DNA of 38,286 nt from Jimgerdemannia flammicorona (lineage: Eukaryota). Positions 21,374-31,036 of the stretch are shown piece after piece. The notes under the pieces are model-generated. The model searched no databases, was not told the DNA's origin, and worked only from the letters and a program-made list of their open reading frames with translations. Where the stretch lies: positions 1 to 38,286 of the forward strand of contig RBNJ01000164.1 in NCBI GenBank assembly GCA_003990765.1, in the 5' to 3' direction. The position numbers and the translations under genes were made by a program. The stretch's first letter is position 1. Each line of letters opens with the position of its first letter.

Positions 21374-22978
21374 CTAATTGTCGACGTTTTGACCGTCTTT
21401 GTTTTGACATTTAGTTTTCTGTTGTCGTTTAGTTTGTTGATACAGCTCGATGAGTTTAGATTGTTGGAGTTGTGATAAACCATCAATCACTTCAAAAGGT
21501 GTTTGATTATACTCGTCGCGTTGATGGATATTGGCCAGTCCAACTTGTATCAAGTATATAGAAATCGCTAGTGTGTCATTTTTAGAACACGCATAATGCA
21601 AAGCTGTATACTTTTCAAAATAGGAACTTCTATTGACGTCTATGGAAGGACATCAGATAAGATATTTCACCATTCTCATATCGTTCATTATGGCAGCCTT
21701 TTGTAGTAACGTTAGTCCATTATCATCATAATGATTCACATCGGCCTTTCCGCATTCCACAAGAAGTTTGACGATTTCGAAATGTCCATCATTAAATGCG
21801 AAATGTAGTGCCGTATCACCCAAAAACTCCCGACCATCTTCCACTGCTCTTTCATCAACGATTATGTCCTCACATTGTAAAAAATACCGTACGACGTTGA
21901 TACGACCGTATCTTGCAGCAATATGCAATGGAGTTCTACCTTTATCATCATGTTGATTGATATCGGCTTGTCCCACTTGGATCAAATATTTGGCAATTTC
22001 CTCAGTATCATCATATTTACATGCAAGATGTAAAGCTGTAAATCCGCATGGCCCACATTTTTGATTGACGTTCAATGTGGGATATTGGATTAGGTGTCTT
22101 ATTATCGACATATCTCTGCGGTAAACACACAATCCCAGTGGCGTCCATCTTCTACAACTGTTATTTATATCGACCTTTCCACTTTTCAATAAAATTTTGA
22201 CGATTTCTGTATATCCCTCTTCAACTGCGATATGGAGTGGAGTATAACCAGCGCGTCGGGAATTCGAATTTAATACTCTTGCATTCGCGTCTATATCATC
22301 ATGTTCCAAAAGACGTTGTACCACCCTTTCGTAGCGCAACTGTACTGCATGGTGCATGGGAGTCAAACTATCCTCATCTTGCCAATTAATATGTCCAGAG
22401 GCGAGAATCGCGAACATATCGTCGTCGATTTTCAAGTCCATAAATTGGTGTAATGGAAATTCACACCGCCCACTTTCCAAAAGACGTCGCGCTACATTGT
22501 GTCGGTTATTTTCCACAGCAATCGGTAATATAATATAGTAGTATTCATCTGTTTCATCTAACAATCGCTCATATTTAAAAACATCGAACACTTCATCGGT
22601 GATATCAGTGAACTGGACGATGTGGTTTAAAGGGTGGACGCATTCGCCATAAAGTAAAAGTTGGCGGACAGTGTTGACACGATCAAATTTTACAGCGTGT
22701 ACCAAAAGATCGTACCAAGCATTCATTTGTAAATCAACCCGATTTGTAAAAAGGGCAAAAAATGTATATGTGTCAATATCACGGAATCGAATGATGGCAT
22801 CCAGTGGGTATTCGAGCTGTTTGAAATATTTTCTGGTGAACGTGATATCCATAATGATGGATTTGAAATATTGGCAAGTATTGGAAATGTTTCTCAAGGT
22901 ATCGGGAAAAGAGGTGTGAATTAGGTGAATATTGTAAAAGATCTCCGACCACACCTCGGTAGGAACGTGTCCAGCCAT
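21374..22978 (-). CDS. F-box + ankyrin-repeat protein, interrupted by a single in-frame TGA at 21653-21655
   Basis: VPTEVWSEIF...ISNTCQYF F-box. Ankyrin repeats TPMHHAV, TPLHIAV, TALHLAC, TPLHIAA and TALHFAF. The frame continues past the TGA (CPSIDVNRSSYFEKYTALHYAC...) to 21374. Confidence 0.8.
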
Positions 22979-23039
22979 GATGGGGTTTTGTTCAATCGAT
23001 CTTGATATTTTTATATGATAAAACAAACACTTACAAAAA

Positions 23040-23083
23040 TTTGACGCTTAAAAATGCTAGACTCGACATTTTTATGCGTCAAA
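23040..23083. repeat. 44-bp palindrome copy
   Basis: TTTGACGCTTAAAAATG-CTAGACTCGA-CATTTTTATGCGTCAAA. Confidence 0.92.
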
Positions 23084-23109
23084 TTATCATTGGTTGAACG
23101 TATTTATTG

Positions 23110-24040
23110 TTACACTGAACATATTTTCCCACATAGAATTCTATATCTATTATTCAGGTGGAGCGACACGGCGGGGGATATGTTTGTGGAATTCAAAGAT
23201 AGTGTTATAACGTCTCCGCTCCTTATCCGTCTGCCGTATATTGTTTCGTTATACAAGTCGCACACGAAACTTGATAGCGCGTTTGAGATAAATGTTCGCG
23301 GCTTTGAACTGTATCGCATTCCCGAACTGCGATTGAATCCATATTCTACTAACCCGATTTCGCAACAATTTTCCATTGACATATTCTGTTGGTGGGACAC
23401 CGAATGCTATCGAAAATTTGCGTTCACAGTGCACAACCTTACCACCATCGCTTGTTGTTCTAAAAGACGTATTAATTTGGTCATATTCTGATTGTGGAGC
23501 ATATCACGCAGCTTTGGATCAGATAGAATTCCGCCATATGGCACTGTCTCGTTTGAGAGAACAGCTACAAGAGCTGTGTCTGAAAGGTTGCACAGATCTC
23601 CAATCTTGGGATGTCCGTCGTAAAATTTGCATAATCGAATAGTCCATCGTTTGCACTTATTGTCGAAATTCGATAGTCGTTTCAAATCATTGCAACGGTC
23701 GCAGATAGACTGAAAATCATGTTTTGGAGGCTGGGTAAAAGAATAAAGTCGGCAGCGCAATATGCGTCCACTGCCATTGAAATATTTGTATAGACAAATT
23801 CGTTTGTGTACACAAACTTGAGAATAGTGTCAAAAACATGGTTGCTAAATTAACCCGGCTAAATAAACCTTCTTGCATATGACCGTAAAGCAAGCGGTTA
23901 AACTATGTGCTGCGAACCGCCAGTATAGCACGACGCGCACCCCGCTCCACCCTGTCTGAGCAAACAAATTTTACATCGTGGAATTGTGTGTTTGTCTGAA
24001 TGGATGCGATATCATGCGAGAAATGTTCGCCTGGTTCCAT
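23110..24040 (-). pseudogene. Disrupted BTB/POZ domain gene
   Basis: MEPGEHFSHDI...FHDVKFVCSDRVERGARRAILAVRST*FNRLLYGHMQE is a BTB motif with an in-frame TAG at 23903. Fragmented ORFs follow downstream. Confidence 0.65.
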
Positions 24041-24185
24041 TTTAAAGAATGGTGTGTATGTTGGGCACACGATTTTAAATTGGGGCACACGGTCATATGA
24101 TATTGATTGTATTACGCGATGATAATGTAATACTAAAAGTATATAGTGATCCCAACATACGTTAAAATATAATTTACAAAAAAAA

Positions 24186-24739
24186 ATGGCGCGTTGTTTA
24201 AAACTTATGAATGAACATGGACAACACCTTGCAAAACTCATCCAATGTGTCCATGACAAGGTGCTCGAACCTAAAAAAGACTGGTATGGATTTGCATATC
24301 TCGACATGTTTTTCGACGCAACAGGCGGTATTAACCGGATTTCCAGCGCCGAAGCCCTATCAAAAATCGGAGCCACGTGAAATTGCTGGAGTTGCTCGAC
24401 AGGCAGGATCGTAAAATCATCAAGGCCTTGAACTGGAGCCAGTTTGGGAAGGTGGTCAGGGAACAGTACGATGAGGTATACGATTTGTATAATATGTTCG
24501 AGAAGGCACTTTTGGAAAATGTGAACATAGATTCTTTGAAGATTATTCGTATGTCCTACAATGATAGCGACCCTGATGATATAGACAATTATAAATTTTC
24601 CGTGATCCGAATTACAGTAAAGATTGGCGATGGTGAACTTCCCCATAATGAAAGTATTCATGAGTGTGATCAATTGTCCCATAATTCACAAAGTTCCGTT
24701 TTTGAGAGTATTAGACGTATTGGAAAATCAATTTTTTAA
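24186..24739 (+). CDS. Hypothetical protein, probably one frameshifted gene (ORFs 24186-24380 and 24377-24739)
   Basis: Two abutting co-directional ORFs with an A-rich context at the first ATG and an upstream dyad motif at 24060-24097. Confidence 0.45.
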
Positions 24740-24781
24740 AGATATATGTAATATTATTAATCGATAAACAGATTTGTATTT

Positions 24782-27700
24782 TTAAAATAAAATATCGTCA
24801 AAATCCATATTCAGTCGCCTTTCAACCACTGCAGCCACTTGTTTGCGTATATGTTCAAAGCGAGCGTTGTCCAACAGAGTCTGTTCCAAGACTCGTAATA
24901 TGGTAGAAAACTCAGTTTGCTTTTTCAGGAGAATGATGTAAAATGCGTGTGCTCCAAGCCTATTTTTAAATATATATATTAGATTGATTTTTAACGTGTC
25001 AACTCAAACTATATATATTACGTACCATATAACATGATTTTCGGTAATATCGCGGCGATTTTTGGGTATTTGTAATTCGGTATAACGCGATTGCAGGCGT
25101 GAATAACCAAAATTTAGAATTGTAAAGATGATGCCTATGGAGAATAATAAAATTAGACCGTGATTTAATTTTTTTTTGTAACAAATTAATATGAACTTAC
25201 CCATCAAGAAATCCTCATTTTTACGGTGTAGTGCTGCAACGTGGCAATAAAACTTAATTGCACACAACAAGAAGTTTTGATAGACGTTCCGCAGAATTGT
25301 GTGCGTCGAGTTCAGCCCGGGATCGATAAAAATGGCGTGATATTTGTGTTTCAGCAGGCTATTTCAGTACAAAAACATACAATTAGTATCATTGAAATAA
25401 TGCGCATAACCATTTAATAATTAACTTACTCAAACATTCTGTAAATCAATGCCTTTCCGGGACACGCGTTCCCCGCCGTAATGGCATCCCCCACATAGTT
25501 CCCACGCCATACCGAATAATCGGCCATAACATCGAGCGTTTTGGTATGTATTTTTAGTCCACACCAAGGGAAATCTGTACAACAGGGAAGTAAATACAAG
25601 TAAAATATACACATAAAAAACATCTGAATACTATTTTACTCACATAAAGATCGGACCTTGGGTACCTTAACGCCATTAATACGTATATCAAAATTTGCCA
25701 AACTCTTTTCTTTGTTGATGGAACACCCGTATTCGTGGATGCCTAATTTGTAAAAATGAGTGCACCAATCACAATTTGACGCATAAAAATGCTAGACTCG
25801 ACATTTTTATGCGCTAAAATATGTACTTGCCCATATGCATTATCTCTAAAAACCTTTTGACATACATCTTGGATGTACTTATATAAAAGAAATCATCGAC
25901 GTAATATAACAACATCTGTATAATATAATAACATTAATTATAAAATATTACCCGTAGTACATCGATTATAATTATAAATACCCCATTTTCATCGTCGTCC
26001 ACAAACGATAATTTTTTTTGCTTCATGTCCGCGTAGTAGTAACTAAACAAATATATACGTGAGTATTAAATATATACAAACACGTTGAAATACTTAAATA
26101 TGTACCTGCATAAAATGGACGATAGGCAGGAGCCTTGTGGAATACCAACAGTTTGTTTGTAAACCTCGCCACCAATCTATGAACAAAAAATTGACGCATA
26201 AAAATGCTAGACTCGACATTTTTATGCGTCGAATTTTGATTGGTCTCAACATAAACCAATAAGATACCTTAATTTTATTCTCGCATAAATGTTCGTCGAT
26301 CAAATCCAGAACTTCCTTAACAGTAATCTTTGAATGAAAGACCTGTTTATAGAAATTATTATTAATAACTACCGAAAAAAAAACTCCTCAACAATAATAA
26401 TTATAAATCATACCCGATCACAGAAAATAGTGTTTTTCGATGTTTGCGATAGATATTCGGCAAACTCGGGAAATTGTGGAAAATATTCGTGCGCCCTTGA
26501 TTTGTGTGATATAGTTGGTTGCCCCAAAGATGATGATATGGCGCTATACCCCGTAATATTATAATCATCCTATTTTAAAAATATACATTAGTATATGAGT
26601 GGGTTGTATACGATTAAATTTATATAGATGGTACAATACCCATTCTTTCCATTGCGGTATTTCCTTGATGATTTCCTTGAGCTTGTGAGTGTTTATAGTA
26701 TCAAAACAATTGGCTACATCAACCTTGGCGATATAAACTGGATTGTTTTTCCTATTAATAAAAAAATAATTAATTTAAATCAATTTGAAATAACTTACGT
26801 AATAAAAGTACATACCAATTTTGTTTATAGCTTTTGAAATATCGATAGATGTCATCAATTCCGCCAAGAGCTCCGTGTAAAATTTCTGGATGTTTTGACT
26901 TTAAATCCAATATATTAAAAACTCGATTGTTTATAAGATAAAATTGTAATCGTGATATACCTTGACAAGTTCAAGAATACTCAATGGAGCTTTTAGCATT
27001 CCATTTATCGATTCGTAATAAGGCGCCATTGGCCTATTGGTATCTGGATAGCGTCTATTTTCATTCTAAACATCGACGGATGGTTTAAACATTATTTTAT
27101 TTAATATAATGATTATCAAACTTATAAACTAGGGAACTCGACACAACGATTTCTTCCAAAAGCTAATTCATTACAACGTAAAATATAAGCAAATCAAAAG
27201 ATTTACAATACCACGTTAAAACGTTTTGCAAGGTTGCAAATAACTCGTAATGAATTAGCTTTTGGAAGAAATCGTTGTGTCGAGCTCCCTAGTTTGTGAG
27301 AACGGTAATCACTCTTGTATGACAAAAAAAATGGGAATATTTGGTTAGTTCCATAGATATATTATCTAAAAACTAAATTAATCATATTTCCATACCAAAG
27401 ACATCTTTTCATATTTATACGATATTTCCTTTCGAAACGATGTAACAATCGTATTCCACAAATCGTGTCGGAAATAAAAGATGCGATTTCGATGTGGTGA
27501 TGTATCGGTCACGTAGAAATTGTTCTAAATTTTCATAGTTAAAAAAAAGTATTCGCGTTAAAAAAAAAAGATTTCATAACGGATTACTGTCGGGTTTCTT
27601 GTTTATAACAATACCTTTAAGAGCGGAATCACGAACGAATAAAATATCCAGTAGAGAAACTCCATCAAGATTTCGCGTCGTTTCTGTGTCTCGCCGCTAC

Positions 27701-29167
27701 GAATATGCACCGGACCGGGTCCATCTCGAGGTCCAAGCCAGCCGCAATCTTTCATCCTAAATCCTTGGGATAGTTCGTGTAGAGTTATTGCTTCGTATTT
27801 CCGTAATCGTACAAAGCGATCAATATGTTTGAATATCAATTTCTTGTTAGCATCCGAACCCCAAAACACGTCGGGAATAACGCGTTGTATTATCGTTTTG
27901 ACGAATCGTGAAACTTGTTGGAAACTTGAATGTTGTGCAAGTTTGTTGCCTCCATCAATGACATGCTATTGTAATCAAAAAAAAATTAGATATCTTTTTT
28001 TTACTACTCAAAGTAATGACGCAAACTCACTTTTAGCGGGCATTGCGATTCCAAAAGGTTTCCGTATGGACAACGGCGGTGATTTATCCGTATGTCGGCC
28101 ACGAGTGGGTCGGCGGACGTGAAGCGCCAGGGTTTAGCCTGATAATTCAACCGATGTATTTTTTTTTAGTGCGATTGATAATTTAGCAATAACATCTTCA
28201 AAACGCGATACCTTTTTTGCGATTGAACCAAATATATTTGGCAATCCGAATTGGCGAGGAAATATTTTCTCTTGAATGTGCGTAGACGTCGCTCCGGGTT
28301 TATTGAGAATATCTATAAATTACATATGTCAGATTCCGAGTATTATTCTGTAATTAGACAACAAAGTACTTACGATTTCTGGGTAATCCAAACACTCTCG
28401 GCTTGCTATTGCCGTAGAGTGTGTATCGAAATGAGATCGAAATCGGAGTTTTCTGCTTTTTGACTGGTGGCTGAAGCCTGTCCGCGATACTCTCCCCAAC
28501 TCGTTTCTTGGCGAGTTTGAAGATTGGAACGCCTGTTTTACAATAGTTGTTAGAATAGTTGTTATTTGACAAATAGTTATTTGAACGAAATATGTACCGG
28601 TAAGTTGGCAATACGATCCATTGTCGAGCGCGATGAAAATGAACGTATCTTTGAGGAGATGTTGCATTGCTCTGCTCCCAATTCTACAAACATATCATTC
28701 GTAAACACGCTGTTCACAAATCACGCCGTTCCACCATGCCCAGTTCTGACATACCTTTCCAACAGCTCGTCCCACGGATAGAATCGCACAACGTTCACGA
28801 GAGTGTTGATATGGGTCGTCGTGACATTCGTGAACATGCCACTGGAGGCGCCGCCGCCAATTCGATAGCCTCGTGTCAGCAGATGCTCCGACTTTTGTCC
28901 GGCCCTGGATGCCTTGGCCAGCAGCGACTCAATAGCTCCTCCGACAACCTTGTCTTGTGAAAGTCCCCAGTCTTCGTCCCGATTGCTGCTGCATGGGAAT
29001 TCGGCGGACGGGCGTGCGACTATGGTGGTTGCAAGGAATTTGTTGAACGTTAGATGAAAGTCTCTGAAATGCGCATCGCCACTATTTTTAACGAGATATT
29101 CATAGAGCGACGTCCATCCTTCTGGAAAGTATAACGACAGAACGGGGTGTGCAATGGGCTCGTTCAT
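24782..29167 (-). CDS. TERT: Telomerase reverse transcriptase, complete, ~21 exons, ~960 aa
   Basis: Manual splicing gives one open frame with all motifs in order: TEN (HLLTRGY...WDELLERIG..MQHLL..FIF...YCQLTG), IFPRQFGL, CP (HRRCPYGNLLESQCP), QFP (QQVSRFV...IPDVFWGS), T (FYVTD...RIFYFRHDLW), 1/2 (RFLPK..LRVICNL), 3 (SINGML), A (AKVDVANCFDTI), B' (KQTVGIPQGSCLSSILC), C (LLYYVDDFFYIS), D (GIHEYGCSINKEKS), E (FPWCG) and CTE. Approximate exons: 29167-28755, 28683-28598, 28532-28374, 28312-28213, 28138-28031, 27965-27616, 27525-27396, 27313-27212, 27065-26961, 26898-26816, 26751-26640, 26569-26414, 26342-26268, 26176-26106, 26042-25982, 25915-25831, 25742-25644, 25575-25430, 25358-25201, 25135-25026, 24959-24782. 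Boundaries are good to about +/-2 nt. Confidence 0.95.
25775..25818. repeat. 44-bp palindrome inside the TERT intron between motifs C and D
   Basis: Near-full copy within the intron at ~25830-25743. Confidence 0.9.
26190..26233. repeat. 44-bp palindrome inside the TERT intron preceding motif B'
   Basis: Full copy within the intron at ~26267-26177. Confidence 0.9.
27126..27295. repeat. 49-bp inverted repeat (48/49 match): TERT motif 1/2 exon and its antisense copy in the next intron
   Basis: 27126-27174 is the reverse complement of 27247-27295, with a 72-nt loop between them. Confidence 0.92.
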
Positions 29168-29298
29168 TGTGGTGAGGTAGGTGGGGTGGGTGGGGTGAGC
29201 GCGTGTTACGTGTCATAAAGGGTAAAGATAGCGTTGGTAGTACAGATAACGACCCCTGTCAAATAAATACCAGATTCTTTTTTTTTTTGAGGATCTCT

Positions 29299-29695
29299 AG
29301 AGTGAACACCTTCCCTTTCAACACGTCCATGGACGATTCCCATTTTTTTAACCCTAACCTTTTCTTTCTCCGCAAAGCCGAGTCATCGAGTGAGATCCCA
29401 GGTATGCAGAATCGTAAAGATTCTGTCCATATTATGGCCTTGCGACAACGTGGCTTGGCACACCATTTGCACCCCAAAAATATTCGCGTTTTTGCAGCTT
29501 GTTTTCGCCAAAGAAATGAGCTTGGGATGAGAAAGTGGATGTGGTAGACGGATAATGCCATCTGGTTTCTAGGACGTTGTGGGCTTGTTCCCATCACCGT
29601 GAGGTTCGCCTCCTGTCCTCTATCGAATCCATGGATTTTATCTCAATACTACGCGTTAGGGAAACACAATTTGTCGTGGGGTGTTCACTCTCACT
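29299..29695 (+). ncRNA. TER: Candidate telomerase RNA with TTAGGG template
   Basis: Template TAACCCTAACC at 29349-29359. 12-bp terminal helix 29299-29310/29680-29691. Template-boundary helix 29340-29350/29528-29538. Pseudoknot 29486-29522. CR4/5-like three-way junction 29571-29619. Ends at an oligo-T run and lies head-to-head with TERT. Confidence 0.8.
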
Positions 29696-30257
29696 TTTTT
29701 TTTAAAAAAAAAACCTTTACACGTATGGAAAGTAACGCGCATCACCATGTGGCTTGTAATCAATCACATGAGTAGATCCATGCAAAGCGTGATTAGCGTG
29801 TAACGCATGATTGGCGTACAGCGCATGATTAACCGATTGGTTTAGATTGGGTCTACTACAAAGATTGTGCGACCGCCGAAACATTTCGAGTCTAGCATTT
29901 TTATGTGTTAAAATAAACCGCTATCAGATTTACCCAATCTATTTTTGTACAGAGAAAGCAAAGTCCACCAAGGTCTTTGAGGGTGCTGAAGGCGAGAGTG
30001 GACCACGCACTGAGATATAGTTCGACTGTGAATGATAAACGATCACTTGTGATCATACTTGCGCTGATTAGATGACGTTTGTAGAGCCGTCGCTGGTCTA
30101 ACATCGAGTATAGAGACTTTTATTTCACAAGTTACTAACATAAATGAGTTTATTTTGTATTTCACATGGTCACATGTTACCATTGTAACCCACGATTGAT
30201 ATATGAAAATGGTATACAATATATATGTGAAATCGAGGTCTTTTCCCTTGTACAGAC

Positions 30258-30941
30258 ATGCCGCCAAAAAGAAGACGTCGTCAACCCACTCCGATAGACC
30301 CACCGGTAAACTCCGACGGTGATAACCGGCGTCCGAGACGCATGGACGCAGACGAGCACAACGACCCCGAGAAGATGGTCAGGCTTGGGCATATAATCGC
30401 GAAGCAACGAGGCGAGGTCGACACTGGTAATTATAGATTGGTACTGTACGACCATTGATACACGCAAACGTTGACGCACATGCTATTTTTAGACCGTTAC
30501 CTCACAGACTTGCCGAACGGCTACAGTTGGTACATATTCGAGCGTGGGGGTGTACATGCCGGAAGGACGTACACGACCATTTACGGCCACCCAGGACGCC
30601 GACCAATTTCGTTCACCAATTTCACAAAGCACATCCAGTGGCTCGAGTCCGACGAATATCCCGACCGTGCGTACTGCTCCTGTGGGAATTGCGAACAGAT
30701 GCAACCACAGCCCGAATCGGATTCCGAAAGCGAGGATGGTGACGATCGCATCGTGGTCGACGAACGTGCCTGCATTGACGACGACGGAATTGACATTGGT
30801 GTCAGCGTTGACAATTTTGAAATTGTTTCCGACGATGGCCGCGTTGGCGATGGAGTCTGCGTTGGCGGCGATATGGGTGTCAAAAGAATCAAGATTGAGA
30901 TCACAAAGATCCAAAACGGGATTCAAATTCTATTTGTCTAA
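30258..30941 (+). CDS. Clr2 N-terminal (transcription-silencing) domain-like protein with acidic tail; one intron, 30427-30492
   Basis: A phase-1 GT..AG intron joins the two ORFs (VDT|DRYLTD). SDGD...LG...LPNGY...R..IYGHPG...F.KHIQWL...CSCGNC resembles the Clr2 N-domain pattern. No Clr2 C-terminal domain. Confidence 0.65.
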
Positions 30942-31036
30942 AAAAAAAGAAATGTAAAATTCTTCAGTTAGCGATATTTTGGTACACAGCGCAAAAAATA
31001 AAGAAAAGAATGTTTTGAGTGTCTACGAACCGTTAA

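Noticed and set aside
28139..28212. Apparent stop or frameshift in TERT at the A9 run
   Set aside because: It lies inside a phase-0 GT..AG intron (AKK|AKPW). Splicing restores the frame into the CP motif.
24782..29167. RT motifs as a retrotransposon or Penelope-like element
   Set aside because: TEN, CP, QFP, T and CTE motifs are telomerase-specific. No endonuclease, integrase, gag or LTRs are present.
29203..29597. ORFs 29203-29547 (+) and 29259-29597 (-) as proteins
   Set aside because: No recognisable motifs, they run through homopolymer tracts, and the region is better explained by extensive RNA pairing and a telomere template. A precursor mRNA cannot be fully excluded.
29655..29661. GTTAGGG as a telomeric repeat or telomere seed
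   Set aside because: It is a single copy that forms part of a helix of the candidate RNA. No (TTAGGG)n tract exists in the window.
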